In this document: positions 27,641 to 38,151 of the stretch, piece by piece
Layout of the letters: each line of letters begins with the position of its first letter
How positions within the stretch are numbered: the stretch's first letter is position 1
From: a virus
Strand: one strand, 5' to 3'
DNA: 64,000 bases
IMG/VR virus record: IMGVR_UViG_3300032102_000006
Made by a program: the position numbers and the translations under genes
Notes under the pieces: model-generated
Databases searched by the model: none
What the model saw: only the letters and a program-made list of their open reading frames with translations
What the model was told of the DNA's origin: nothing

Positions 27641-28786
27641 TTATATGACTAACAACCAATAGTTCTTTGTTATATTAACCGAACCGTTTGAGGCTGTTAC
27701 TGTGAAGTCGTATCGACTAGGGCTGCTATTATTAGGAGCAGTTCCTACGATACTGTTTGTGCTGCTTACTGATAACCAGCTAATTGCAGCGTCCCCGTCA
27801 TATGCAGGGGAAATCGAAGTGCTTGTTGAGTTATTTACCATTATAGGAAAATTTATACTATCTCCAGGCCTAAAACGCCCAATATATGAAGTACTGTCTG
27901 TAAATTTTGGTTTACTTGCGCCATAATTAATTAGATTCTTAAAAGTATATTCATTTCCGCTTGTATCTACTAGTGTTAAATTTTGAGGCACGCTCCAAAA
28001 AGGATCTGCCATTTGATTTGTGTTTATCATTAGTTGTAGCATGCTTTCCATAGGATAGTCTATCCTGGAAATCGTTTTATCGCCAATCTTAGCACCGGTG
28101 CCATAAGTAATGTCTGTTGCTACTACCGTAATAGTTGTATACTGTCCGATAGTGCTGTAAGAAATTTCTCGTATTTTTGGACGAGGTCTATCGCTGGTTG
28201 TATTGCTACGAAGAATTCTAACTTGTATCCTGTCACCTGATGCTGGCGCTTCATCAAATGACAATTTTACACCGTCTATCACGGTATAACTATAATATGG
28301 TTCTTGGGTAATACCGTTTATAGAAACCACTAGTAAGTTAGGGCTACTAACACTTGTTTCTATATTAAATTCTAATGTTACGCCATCTCCGGAAAAATAT
28401 CGAGTAATAGGAGTTAGACTATTAGTTTGGTTTCTAAATTGACCAAACGTAGTATCATAGACTAATAGTTCACCTGTTACCGGATTAGAAATTGTTACGT
28501 CTGTTAAGTTGTCTAAAGCTAGGCTAGAAATAACATCGGTGATACTAGAGCTAGAAGTTCCAATTCTACTATCAACATAGTCTTTATTAACTAGTAACTT
28601 CCAATTAGTACCATCATGATATTCTGGGTTGGATAAGTCTTTGGCATATCTAATAAGGCCTTCTGCCCCAGCTGGGCGTTGTACTTCTATCCCCGAAGGC
28701 AATTTTAGTGCGCCAGTAGAGTTAACCGCTAACACGCCTGTTTCCGGTGTTAGAGCTTCTGTTTGATGATTTATTTTTATTGCCAT
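27641..28786 (-). CDS. Virion structural protein with Ig-like domain
   Basis: GALKLPSG...RP....G.IRY; FSGDGVT..F...VSINGI.Q.P..Y...FDEAP..GD.I.VR (same fold as giant fibre C-term). Confidence 0.7.
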   Translation of the reverse strand: MAIKINHQTEALTPETGVLAVNSTGALKLPSGIEVQRPAGAEGLIRYAKDLSNPEYHDGTNWKLLVNKDYVDSRIGTSSSSITDVISSLALDNLTDVTISNPVTGELLVYDTTFGQFRNQTNSLTPITRYFSGDGVTLEFNIETSVSSPNLLVVSINGITQEPYYSYTVIDGVKLSFDEAPASGDRIQVRILRSNTTSDRPRPKIREISYSTIGQYTTITVVATDITYGTGAKIGDKTISRIDYPMESMLQLMINTNQMADPFWSVPQNLTLVDTSGNEYTFKNLINYGASKPKFTDSTSYIGRFRPGDSINFPIMVNNSTSTSISPAYDGDAAISWLSVSSTNSIVGTAPNNSSPSRYDFTVTASNGSVNITKNYWLLVI

Positions 28787-28787
28787 G

Positions 28788-29189
28788 TTATACTGCTACT
28801 GCGTCTACGACTGCTGTCCAATTGACAGTATCGCCGGCGATGCCAAAACATTCTACAAATAATTCCCCTGCTGGGCTAAAAGAAATAGAAGGGTCAGTAA
28901 ACCCAACAGAATCAACATAAGTGTTAACAACATAACCACTGATAGTTGTTGTCCCTTCTATGTAGCAGCCTTTTATTTCGTAAGCTGCTGAATTATTAGT
29001 GCCTCGGCCTATTATGTACGCTGTAAAGAATACTGTAGATGCAACCGAGAAATTTTCATCTTCTCTATTTTTAAGTACTGTAGAAGTAATCCCATTTGTT
29101 ACTCCTGTTAGCGATAGTCTGACATTTTTTAGTCCAATTTTAAAACTATCGGTTGTTGTGCCATGTAACTTTGTAAATAGATCAGACAT
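28788..29189 (-). CDS. Hypothetical virion protein
   Basis: 133-aa beta-rich ORF in fibre operon. Confidence 0.6.
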   Translation of the reverse strand: MSDLFTKLHGTTTDSFKIGLKNVRLSLTGVTNGITSTVLKNREDENFSVASTVFFTAYIIGRGTNNSAAYEIKGCYIEGTTTISGYVVNTYVDSVGFTDPSISFSPAGELFVECFGIAGDTVNWTAVVDAVAV

Positions 29190-29419
29190 TATTTGTTCCA
29201 GCTTTCGAGAATCATTTCTTCTAATGTATTTATTATACTTTTACCAGCAGGTGCTTGCATCCATAGTCCTTTAGGGCATTCGGACCCGGCAAAGGTTGAT
29301 TTAGCCGGCATATAACAGCCGCACTCTGCGCATGTTTCAAACTTTTTAGAATAAGACTTGCATGTTTTACAAATATTAAGACGCTGTTGTTTTACTTCGT
29401 GTGCTACTGTTTTAAACAT
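29189..29419 (-). CDS. Small Cys-rich (putative Zn/Fe-binding) protein
   Basis: R..IC..C...C..CGC...K.....CP.G.W; ATG 29419 with TATAAATA 5 nt upstream. Confidence 0.7.
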   Translation of the reverse strand: MFKTVAHEVKQQRLNICKTCKSYSKKFETCAECGCYMPAKSTFAGSECPKGLWMQAPAGKSIINTLEEMILESWNK

Positions 29420-29436
29420 GTTAATATTTATAAACA

Positions 29437-29462
29437 ACAAAAGGACTTTGCGGTCCTTTTGT
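29437..29462. terminator. Intrinsic terminator after major capsid gene
   Basis: ACAAAAGGAC-TTTGCG-GTCCTTTTGT. Confidence 0.8.
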
Positions 29463-29487
29463 TTGATGGTTAGTACCAAAGATACTA

Positions 29488-30669
29488 TTAAGCGTACTTA
29501 ACAGAACCCATAGCAATCTTACCTAGGTAATCAGCAGCGTTACCTAAGCTAGAAGCTGTGTTTGTCAATTCAACATAACCATAACGTGTCATGAAGCTTA
29601 CAACTGGTTCCATTGTGCTTGGATCTAGAACAACACCAGAACTCATCAATGGGATATATGGGCAGTAGAATGCTGCTGCGTCCATTTCATTAGGACCCTT
29701 ATAACCAACTAAGATTGGAGTTGTAGCATCAGCGTAGCTGTCTACGTAAACACGAACGCTGCTGTTTAATGTACCAGCAAATTTTGTGTTTGTAGGAGCT
29801 TCGAAAGTACCTTCTGTAGTACGAGCAAACGCACTAGTTGTAGCACTTTGTAGAACTGTCAATGCTGTTGGGCTAACAACAACATAGTTACCAGCGCCAC
29901 GACGTGTACGTTGAGCGATCTTGTTAGCAACATCATTGATCATGATAGCTAATGTAGCGTGCTGGTCACCAACATAAGTTGCTGTACCAGTGAAGCTTGT
30001 TCCGCCAACTGCTTGGTCGAATGTGTGGATAGCTGTACCGCTTAGAGCACGTAGTTTACCTAATAGCTCTTGGTCGATTTCAGCTGTGATTTCCTGTGCT
30101 AGAGCAGCCATGATTTCTGCTTCAACGTCCAAACCGTGCATAGCTTGTGCGTCTTGAGCAGCTTCAAAAGTCCAGCGAGCAGACATCTTACGTGTCTTAG
30201 CTTCAACTGTTTGCTTTAGAATTTGGATGCTTAGTTTCTTACCAACTTCGCCTTCCATGCTAGCTGTAGAAACACCGCCTGGATTACCAGCATCACCGTT
30301 ACCGCTGTATGCTTTAGCAATGTTAAATGGGCTTAGAGCTTCGCTACCTGCTGTAACACCAGCAGCAGTTTCAGCATAACGAACACGTAAAGTATGGATT
30401 TGACCAACTGGACCTGTCATTGGCTGAACACCAACGATTTCGTTAGCGATAACTGTAGGCATAACACGACGGATAACAGGTAAAATTACCTTGTTTAGAA
30501 CCGCGATGTTACCGCTTTGTGTGGCGCCTGCACTAGCAGATTCCATAATGTTTTTCTTTGTGTTTTCTAACACAGATTCCATGACAGCCTTACGGTTGCC
30601 ATTTAGCCCTTCTAGTAGAACGTCTTTAGTAGCAGTCCAATTTTGGGCTTCGAAAAGTTTCTCAGACAT
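29488..30669 (-). CDS. gp23: Major capsid protein
   Basis: LPVIRRVMP..IAN...GVQPMTGP.G.I..LR; V.AK.RK..A.WT.EAAQD....HG.D.E.E....L..EI..EID; FYCPYIPL; F.TRYG. Confidence 0.97.
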   Translation of the reverse strand: MSEKLFEAQNWTATKDVLLEGLNGNRKAVMESVLENTKKNIMESASAGATQSGNIAVLNKVILPVIRRVMPTVIANEIVGVQPMTGPVGQIHTLRVRYAETAAGVTAGSEALSPFNIAKAYSGNGDAGNPGGVSTASMEGEVGKKLSIQILKQTVEAKTRKMSARWTFEAAQDAQAMHGLDVEAEIMAALAQEITAEIDQELLGKLRALSGTAIHTFDQAVGGTSFTGTATYVGDQHATLAIMINDVANKIAQRTRRGAGNYVVVSPTALTVLQSATTSAFARTTEGTFEAPTNTKFAGTLNSSVRVYVDSYADATTPILVGYKGPNEMDAAAFYCPYIPLMSSGVVLDPSTMEPVVSFMTRYGYVELTNTASSLGNAADYLGKIAMGSVKYA

Positions 30670-30687
30670 AGTAGTCTCCTTTAATTA

Positions 30688-31791
30688 TTACTTTCCAATA
30701 CCGGCTAATTTTCTTAGTGAGATAATGTCTGCTGGTGCAGCGTCTTCACTAGAAGTTTTGTTGCCTGTTACCGCAGTCTTCTGCGATGTTGCGCTTTCAG
30801 AAATAACAGATTTGCCTGTTGGCTTAGCTGCTGTTTCATTCAATACGGCTGGTAGATATTTGTTGTATGATTCACGTAGGCTTTCTGTCTTAGTTGTCTT
30901 TAACAGATCTTCCATGATATCACGTTTCTCTTTACCAAGAGGTGCTACCAACTCTTGCATAATTGCTTGACGCTTTACAGTGTCTTCGGCAATACGAATT
31001 TTTGCGGCTGCTTTTGCAATTTCAGCATCTTTACTTTCAACTAGCTTAGTTGTTTCGTCTAGTTTAATAGTTAAAGCGCTTAATTTGTCACCAAGTTGTT
31101 TAACTTGTGTGCCATCTGCAAATCCACTTGCCATAAACTCAGCAGCAAATGCTTCCATGATCTTACGACCAAAAGCGTTTTCACGGCTAACTTGAATATC
31201 TTCACGTAGCTGGGTGATTTCTGTGCGTAGAGTTTCTGTTAGAAGCTTTTCTGTTTTAACAGCAGCTTCTTTAATGAATTTTGCTTTTGCATCAGCAATA
31301 ACTTTGCGACCTTCTTTTACTAGGTCGACACGAGCCTTGACTAACTTGTCTTCATCTTCTTTCAACTCACGTAGTTCGTTGCTTAGTTTCTTAAGAGCAA
31401 ATTCTTCAAGTTTTTCAAAGTTTGTTTTCTGAGCATTGCGGTCTTCTCTAAGTTCCTTAACTTCCTTAGCTAGTTGTTCCATAACAAACTTGTTTAGTAG
31501 TCGAGCATGTTCTTTAACTTGCTTCTTGTAAGAAACTTTCGCTTCTACAAGACCGCGTTTGTCAATAGACAACTCTTCTAGTTCTTTACGGATAGCTTCA
31601 GAAATCATTTTGTCAGCAGCTTCTACAATTAGGCCTTTATCGTGTTCATAGCGTTGGCTGAATTCTTCACGTAAAGTAGCTTCCACTTCTTCACGCAAAA
31701 CTCTAGCTTGGCTTTCCCACGCCTCTTGTAGTTGGCTTTGGACTTCCTCAGATAAAACCCCAGTACCGAATAGTTCTTTAATTCCGCTCAT
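30688..31791 (-). CDS. gp22: Prohead core / scaffolding protein
   Basis: Long coiled coil between protease and MCP; ends LRKLAGIGK. Confidence 0.85.
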   Translation of the reverse strand: MSGIKELFGTGVLSEEVQSQLQEAWESQARVLREEVEATLREEFSQRYEHDKGLIVEAADKMISEAIRKELEELSIDKRGLVEAKVSYKKQVKEHARLLNKFVMEQLAKEVKELREDRNAQKTNFEKLEEFALKKLSNELRELKEDEDKLVKARVDLVKEGRKVIADAKAKFIKEAAVKTEKLLTETLRTEITQLREDIQVSRENAFGRKIMEAFAAEFMASGFADGTQVKQLGDKLSALTIKLDETTKLVESKDAEIAKAAAKIRIAEDTVKRQAIMQELVAPLGKEKRDIMEDLLKTTKTESLRESYNKYLPAVLNETAAKPTGKSVISESATSQKTAVTGNKTSSEDAAPADIISLRKLAGIGK

Positions 31792-31801
31792 CTTAGTCCC
31801 C

Positions 31802-32437
31802 TTATTTTTTATTTAGGTTATTGATGAACCTGAGAACCTCTTCCTTGAGGTATTTTTGTGCAGTAGTATCATATCGTGCAGAGCTTGCAACGTCTATAAG
31901 AGCATTGCGTCTACGATCCATCATTACACGTTCGTAGATAGCTTTTGGATATGCACTAGGAGCACTCGGTTGTGCCACGATGTCCACCGTGACAATTTCA
32001 AAATCAGTAACGCCACCAGATTCATTGACGTTACCAGAACCCCTACTGGAAACACCTAGCTTAACACCACTCTCTAAAAGAGTTTTTACGATGTTGCCCA
32101 TTGGTGTAGGTAGGATTTTTAGCTTACCAATTCCGTTGTTTTCGTTCATGTACATATTAGTAATCATGTGACTAACACGGTCTAGGTTAACCTGCAGGTC
32201 ATCGGGGTGATCGGCTTCGCCGAGTACACTATAACCATTTTTAATTTTTTCAGCAATGACATTACATGCATTGGCAATTTCGTTAACGGGGTAAACACGT
32301 TGGTTTTGGTTTTTAACCCCGCCCTGAATAAAAATACCTTCCATGTAGAGGTCTTTGCCGCCGTGGGCATTTTCAACTAAGTTAGTACGAATACCAGCTT
32401 GGTCGTAAGTAAGAGCTTCTACTAATGGTAAAGCCAT
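31802..32437 (-). CDS. gp21: Prohead maturation protease
   Basis: EGIFIQ....N.N.R.YP; GE.DHP; GVSSRG.G; DIVAQPSAP.A. Confidence 0.95.
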   Translation of the reverse strand: MALPLVEALTYDQAGIRTNLVENAHGGKDLYMEGIFIQGGVKNQNQRVYPVNEIANACNVIAEKIKNGYSVLGEADHPDDLQVNLDRVSHMITNMYMNENNGIGKLKILPTPMGNIVKTLLESGVKLGVSSRGSGNVNESGGVTDFEIVTVDIVAQPSAPSAYPKAIYERVMMDRRRNALIDVASSARYDTTAQKYLKEEVLRFINNLNKK

Positions 32438-32441
32438 GTTA

Positions 32442-33263
32442 TTAAGCCTTTGCTACCGGACTAGTTTTGTTGCTAGCGCTGTCGCTGTTCTTTGGAACAG
32501 CTACGCTCTTTTGAGCAGGAGCTTTTGCGTTACCAACTTTGTTAACGTTACCCATGTCGTCAGTCTTGCTGCTTGGAGTTGCCATACCAGCGCCTGCTTC
32601 ACCTGTAAACTTAACAGCCTTAGCACCGTTAGCACTGATCTTAGCACCGTTGCTTACTGGGCTCTTTGTGTTTTGTCCGTCATCGCCATGTGTTGGCTTT
32701 GCAACAGCTTTTAAACTTACGCTTTCGCCCATTGCTGCAAACTCGTCGTCCGCTGCAGAATCATCTGCTGGAACGTCTGCATCTGCTGCTGGCTCTTCAG
32801 AACCTTCACCGCCCATTAGGTCAGCAAAAATTGCTTTTAAGTCTGCTAGTGCATCATCAACTTTTTGTAGAGCTTGTTCGGTTTCACCGTCAGCACCAGC
32901 TTCGTCAGCAGCACCTTCGTCACCGCCCATAGCTAGATCAGCAGTTGCTTCATCTTCACTAGGCTCTTCTGCGCTCATAGGATCTTCTTCCTCGTCGCCT
33001 TCGGCTTCGCCGAATAATTGTTCGTCTTCAAGATCCATTTCATCTTCGATGATTTCGTCTTCGAAGTCTGCACCAGCGGCTCCGCCGATACCTTCTTCTA
33101 AGTCTTCTTCAGAATCTTCTTCTGCTGCTTCGTCAAATTGACTTAGCTCTTCATAAATGCTTTTGCCTTTTGCAACAAAGAATTGGTGTAGCAACTCGCT
33201 TGCACGGTCCTCTTCCTTATTAATCAAGGCCTCTAATACTTGTTCTAATGTATGTTTAGACAT
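32442..33263 (-). CDS. Acidic prohead core protein (gp67/gp68-like position)
   Basis: Very D/E-rich, between portal and protease; AGGAG SD; TAAATA at 33301-06. Confidence 0.65.
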   Translation of the reverse strand: MSKHTLEQVLEALINKEEDRASELLHQFFVAKGKSIYEELSQFDEAAEEDSEEDLEEGIGGAAGADFEDEIIEDEMDLEDEQLFGEAEGDEEEDPMSAEEPSEDEATADLAMGGDEGAADEAGADGETEQALQKVDDALADLKAIFADLMGGEGSEEPAADADVPADDSAADDEFAAMGESVSLKAVAKPTHGDDGQNTKSPVSNGAKISANGAKAVKFTGEAGAGMATPSSKTDDMGNVNKVGNAKAPAQKSVAVPKNSDSASNKTSPVAKA

Positions 33264-33385
33264 TGTGTTCTCCTTTGGCCAAAGTGGTTTGTCTGTAATG
33301 TATTTACAGGTTTATTCAAAATAATATTTAAAATGGCATTAAAAACGCAGTTTTCTCTAAGAAATTAAGGTTAAGTATGCTAGAT

Positions 33386-33589
33386 TTACATTGCCGCAGG
33401 GCGTTGATAAATCTTAGAATACAATTCTTTGCGTTTTTCCATTTCTAACTTGCGAATTTCTCGCATTTTTCTTAGCTTACCTAAATGCTCAAGTGTTAGT
33501 CTAGGACGGCGTGTATCCATATTTTTTGCTTGAGCAAATTCATTTTCAGCAGGGTCTTGATGCCCTAATCTTACTTCATTAAGTCGCAC
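33386..33589 (-). CDS. Small basic hypothetical (head-associated) protein
   Basis: GTG start at 33589 with GGAGG SD; RRPRLTL..L.KLR.MRE; directly after portal. Confidence 0.65.
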   Translation of the reverse strand: MRLNEVRLGHQDPAENEFAQAKNMDTRRPRLTLEHLGKLRKMREIRKLEMEKRKELYSKIYQRPAAM

Positions 33590-35300
33590 TTGCTGGTCCT
33601 CCTGGTGCTGTTGGTGCTGTTGGAGCAGGTGCAGGAGCACCTCCTAATGGGCTAGGAGCTTCTGCTCCCGGTTCTGGTGGGGCTTCTTGACTTAAATCAC
33701 CTAGCTGCCCTAGATCATCTTCAGTAGGACGTTGTATGCCTAGACTGTTTAGGTCGCCGCCGGCTAATGCTGCATCGACTTCTGTAGAAGAAACTGCACC
33801 GTCTGGGTTTTCTTCTTGCCACATAGTTTCGTTTTCTACAAGCTCTTCGTCTGTTAAGCCTAGATACTTCTTCAATACAAAACGTCTACTCAAGTAGGCA
33901 ACTTCACTTAGCTGTCCGAATACTGCTGCACGAGCATTATTAACTTCAATTTCACGGTACTCGCTAAAGCTCTGCGGCGGTAGGAAGTTAAGTTTAAATG
34001 TACTAGAATCTAGTTCAATGCCTTTTTTCTTTAAGAACATTTTAAATTCTTTATCTAACGGTCCTACAATTAAGTTTTGTAGTCGTTGGCAATATTTGTT
34101 AAAACGATATTCCTGAATAAAAGCGGTACCAACTCGACCGTCATTATAAACTGCCGTTCCGTCGTCAGGGCCTGTTGGCATATAACTACTAGGAATACGT
34201 AGTGCTCGCATCAACTTGTTTGTAAAATACTTCAAGTCATCAATCTGACCTAAGTTGTCGCCACCTGGCAATACTTCAACTTTACTACCGCGACCTTCTG
34301 CTGTTTGAGCAAAGAAATAGTCTTCTAGCATGCTTAACGGGTTATAGCTGCTGTCCATAATGCTAGTACCACCACCTGTTCTACTTGGAATACGGCGTTG
34401 GTGGATTTCATTTTTAACACGTTCTACAAAGCTCATAGCCATGTTAGCAGGCATGTTACCAACGTCAATGTAGAATACACGGCGTTCCGGGGCACGTTGC
34501 ACTCGATAGATAATAATACTATCTTCTAGTAAGCTCTTTTGTTGATATACTTTATAAACCGCTTCTAGAATACTTGTACCAAACGGATAGTTTGTATCCA
34601 TGCCTTCACTTAGACTTAGATGCACTACATGGCTAGCATTAACTGGCGTTTCTGCTTGATTGCTATTAGTTCCTGCTGCTTGTGGACTAGCAAATTGTGT
34701 AAATGCTGTTTTAGAAAATTGAGTAGGACCAAAATTGTTATCTGTAATTAAAGGATCAGAAGCAACTTTATCAACAACATCTAAGCTAATGTTTTTCATA
34801 ATAAACTGTTCAACTTCTTTGCCTTTGGCTTCGTTGATAATCAATTTACTAACATCTTCTGCACTTACATAGTATAATTCATACGTTTCGGGATCGCGTA
34901 TAAAGAACTGATCGCCATACTTTAATGCATTACGGACCATACGCCAAATGCGTTTGTTCCATTCGTTTATCATGCACCACTGGCGAAGACTGCGAGTTAA
35001 TACACTTACTTCTGCTTCAGTAGGTTCGTTAAAATGTTCAATTGTAAAAGGTAAATTACTTTCAAAATCAAACTGTGTGCAAAATTCTGCAACGGTATCT
35101 AATGCAGCATTAACTTCGCTATCTGCATCCATGATTTCATATTGACCATAACGGTCAACACGGTTAGGTGCACCAGTATATACATCTTTTAGCCAACTGC
35201 TAAATTTGGTATTAGTGCCGTTATGTGCAGAAGTATTACCACGTGATTTAGCAATCTCGTTAGCAGTCTGCGGTATTTGGAAATGCTTTCTCCATGACAT
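33579..35300 (-). CDS. gp20: Portal protein
   Basis: EDSIIIYRVQRAPERRVFYIDVGNMP; EDYFF.Q..EGRGS.VE.LPGG.NLG.I.D..YF. Confidence 0.97.
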   Translation of the reverse strand: MSWRKHFQIPQTANEIAKSRGNTSAHNGTNTKFSSWLKDVYTGAPNRVDRYGQYEIMDADSEVNAALDTVAEFCTQFDFESNLPFTIEHFNEPTEAEVSVLTRSLRQWCMINEWNKRIWRMVRNALKYGDQFFIRDPETYELYYVSAEDVSKLIINEAKGKEVEQFIMKNISLDVVDKVASDPLITDNNFGPTQFSKTAFTQFASPQAAGTNSNQAETPVNASHVVHLSLSEGMDTNYPFGTSILEAVYKVYQQKSLLEDSIIIYRVQRAPERRVFYIDVGNMPANMAMSFVERVKNEIHQRRIPSRTGGGTSIMDSSYNPLSMLEDYFFAQTAEGRGSKVEVLPGGDNLGQIDDLKYFTNKLMRALRIPSSYMPTGPDDGTAVYNDGRVGTAFIQEYRFNKYCQRLQNLIVGPLDKEFKMFLKKKGIELDSSTFKLNFLPPQSFSEYREIEVNNARAAVFGQLSEVAYLSRRFVLKKYLGLTDEELVENETMWQEENPDGAVSSTEVDAALAGGDLNSLGIQRPTEDDLGQLGDLSQEAPPEPGAEAPSPLGGAPAPAPTAPTAPGGPASAT

Positions 35301-35301
35301 A

Positions 35302-35862
35302 TTATTGTACCTTTATCTTTCTGCCGGGAAAATAGCCAGCTGGTTCTTGCCCTGGAATATACATGCCTGTAACCTGTCCATTATTATACCATCGTTTTAG
35401 TTTCATTGTTTCTCTTATTTTAGCGTTTCTACCGTCATCTTTTCTTCCCAGGTTTGCTAAACGAATTTTATTTTTTGTTTCTTCTGACTGTTGCAACTGT
35501 GCTAATCTCATACGCTCCTTTGTCTCATCTGACTTTTTTACACCAATCTTAGATTCTGATATTTTTTTCTTTGTTTCTTCAGAATGACTCCACCCCGAAG
35601 TGCAAGCCCATCTATTAACTTTGATATTATCAAGCAAGCCTCCGTCAATTCGTCTTCCAAATTTATTAATAAGTTCATTTTCTAGAATTAAAGCTTCTAT
35701 TTCAGTTAAACCGTCTTTTATTATTAAACGTCTTTCTTTAGGAGGTAATACTGTAAACGTATGCTCTGCATGCATACGTTTACCTTTACCTTTTCCTATA
35801 TAATACGGAACCAAATCTTCAGTTACGTATTGATAGACATAAAACTCTTTCTGCCAGCTCAT
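35302..35862 (-). CDS. Free-standing GIY-YIG homing endonuclease with NUMOD3-like motifs
   Basis: FYVYQY...PYYIGKG.G.R; E..LI..FGR....G.L.N; HSEETKKKISE repeats; TATAAATA at 35881-88. Confidence 0.85.
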   Translation of the reverse strand: MSWQKEFYVYQYVTEDLVPYYIGKGKGKRMHAEHTFTVLPPKERRLIIKDGLTEIEALILENELINKFGRRIDGGLLDNIKVNRWACTSGWSHSEETKKKISESKIGVKKSDETKERMRLAQLQQSEETKNKIRLANLGRKDDGRNAKIRETMKLKRWYNNGQVTGMYIPGQEPAGYFPGRKIKVQ

Positions 35863-35896
35863 TTATTTTATCCTGTAGTGTATTTATAAAGCATTA

Positions 35897-38107
35897 TTAA
35901 GTATTGAACTGTAAATTGCTAATCTTACGTTCTGTACTAGCTTGATAACTTACACCTCTAGCACTTATTTGGTTACTATAACCGCTTTCTTCTCTAATAG
36001 CTCTAAGTTCTTGTAGCATTTGCTGGCTTTGAGCAAGTGTATCTTTATAGTCTTTTTCTGCTTTTTCTGCTGCACTTAGTTGTTCTTTTTGTAGCTCATC
36101 TTTAGCAGATTGCTCATCTTTGTTTCCAAAGAATTTTTCAAATCCACCATAAATTCCCCCAAGTACTGCACCTGCTATAGCCCCTTTCGGTCCAAGCATC
36201 ATCCCCATAGAGCCCCAGCTTGCTGCTGTACCTATAACTCCTAATGCTTTTCCTGCGGTAGTATCTTCACCTACTGCTCCTGCTGCTGCATTTGTTAAGC
36301 CCCCAACAACTGCTGCTGCTCCTAAACCCTTAACCACACGGCTGGCTACTCTGCCAGCTTTTGATTTTGATGCCGAAGAACCTGTATCATACCAGCCGCC
36401 TACTGTTTGTCCTGCTCGTTTTCCTGCTTCGTAGGGATTGGATTTAATATTATTAATTGTTGCAGATAGTTTTATTGCTGCTGCTTGTAAATTTTTAAAC
36501 GATGACGTTAAATTTCCAGATGCAAATGTTAAAAGTTTGTACATACCGACTGCACCTACTATAACTGCACCCAGCCCTAATAAGCCGCCAACTAAAGTTG
36601 CCATTACTCCATGCACATTTTCTAAACCTGGAATAAACTGAAAAATTCCATCAACTACACTACCAATAGCATTAAAAATCGCGTTTAATCCACTTACTAC
36701 TGCACCAATCACAGAAATAAACGCACCCCAATCGATATTGTTTAATAATTTTAAGAATGGAATTGTCAGAGCTTGCATGTTAGCTTGCAAATCTCTTACC
36801 GCGGCATTAAATTCCTGTGCTGTTTTATCTTGAGCCCTACGTTTTACATTTTCCGAACTATTATAATTTTCTGCTTCGTTAGCCATAGCTAGCAGTTGTT
36901 TAGCACTTTCACCTACTGCGCCACCTAGCATAGCAAACTGATTAAGTTCTGCACTTCTGCTTTTTGTTTCGCTTATAATCATTTCACGCAAACGAGCTCT
37001 ATCAGCTTCTGTAACTTTCTCACCACGAGAAGCGGCTTGTGCTTGACGTTCGATTTCATTATAAATTCCGCTGCCGGCTAGAACCATGTTCTTACCAGTT
37101 TGTGTAACTACCATAGGCAAACCACTTAATGCACTTTGCAATGCATCTTTAGCAATCTGTTCTCCTTGTTCACCGAATATTCCTTTAAGGCTAGCAGTAA
37201 ATGTTTGCACCGCTGAACTTACTTCTTGACTACCGGATTTCGCACTTCTAACAAAGTTTGCCACAATAGGATCTTGAGCTAATTTTGCAGCGGCTTGTGC
37301 CAATTCTAATGTACTCTTACCTGTTCTATTTGCTAGATTATCTAGTTCTTCTCCTAGCATCCTTGAGTTTTTAACAACAACTTCTTGTGCTTGGCGGCCT
37401 TTGAATCCTTGTGCTACTGCAACTTTAACTTGTTGTGCTGTTAACATAGCAAGCTGATCATTACTCATTCCTAAGTTACCCACGCTCTTTGTTGCACCCC
37501 TGACTTCGCCTACTAATAAACCAAATTGTTTTGCACCGCTTGTTGCACCCGAGCCTAATGCAGCAAAACTACCTCCAGTTTCACCTAACGCTTTATTGAA
37601 TTCTCCAACACTCAAACCCGCTGTTTTTGCTGCAATAGCAATGTCAAAAATATTTCCGCTTACTCCACGCTGCAAGCTGTCTTTTATGGTGTCTGCATAA
37701 CCTGTTAAACTGCCCACTGCTGCACCAACACCTAAAGAAAGTTTAGTTGCCATTCCAGGAACAGATTTAAATGCAAAACGCCAATTACCACTAACTAACG
37801 GACTAAAAACTTTATCTAATTCTTCAACTGCATCCCCGAATGATTTAGCTTTTTTCGAGTTGTTTTCTAAATCTTCTGCTAGTTCTTCGGATGCTTTTGC
37901 TTCTCGTTCTTTAGCTTCTTCTAAACGACGTTTTATAACTAATTGCTTATTGTTTCCGCCGGTAGCAGTACCGCCGGCAGCTTTTAACATGTCTGATGAG
38001 ATTCTGATCAACTTTTCCATTTGATCAGCCATAGCAAGACCGTCTAATGTAAAGTCAATCCTTTCACCATTAGGCATGAAAATTTGAGCAGTTGCAGATT
38101 TAGCCAT
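35897..38107 (-). CDS. Tape measure protein (gp29-like)
   Basis: 736 aa, helical A/G-rich with hydrophobic G-rich C-terminal stretches; divergent from gp26-like gene. Confidence 0.7.
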   Translation of the reverse strand: MAKSATAQIFMPNGERIDFTLDGLAMADQMEKLIRISSDMLKAAGGTATGGNNKQLVIKRRLEEAKEREAKASEELAEDLENNSKKAKSFGDAVEELDKVFSPLVSGNWRFAFKSVPGMATKLSLGVGAAVGSLTGYADTIKDSLQRGVSGNIFDIAIAAKTAGLSVGEFNKALGETGGSFAALGSGATSGAKQFGLLVGEVRGATKSVGNLGMSNDQLAMLTAQQVKVAVAQGFKGRQAQEVVVKNSRMLGEELDNLANRTGKSTLELAQAAAKLAQDPIVANFVRSAKSGSQEVSSAVQTFTASLKGIFGEQGEQIAKDALQSALSGLPMVVTQTGKNMVLAGSGIYNEIERQAQAASRGEKVTEADRARLREMIISETKSRSAELNQFAMLGGAVGESAKQLLAMANEAENYNSSENVKRRAQDKTAQEFNAAVRDLQANMQALTIPFLKLLNNIDWGAFISVIGAVVSGLNAIFNAIGSVVDGIFQFIPGLENVHGVMATLVGGLLGLGAVIVGAVGMYKLLTFASGNLTSSFKNLQAAAIKLSATINNIKSNPYEAGKRAGQTVGGWYDTGSSASKSKAGRVASRVVKGLGAAAVVGGLTNAAAGAVGEDTTAGKALGVIGTAASWGSMGMMLGPKGAIAGAVLGGIYGGFEKFFGNKDEQSAKDELQKEQLSAAEKAEKDYKDTLAQSQQMLQELRAIREESGYSNQISARGVSYQASTERKISNLQFNT

Positions 38108-38151
38108 TAAATACGTATATAAATATAAGAATAGTCCTTATACAATATTTA
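38108..38151. promoter_or_regulatory. Back-to-back late promoters
   Basis: TATAAATA (+) at 38118-25; TAAATA (-) at 38146-51. Confidence 0.6.
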
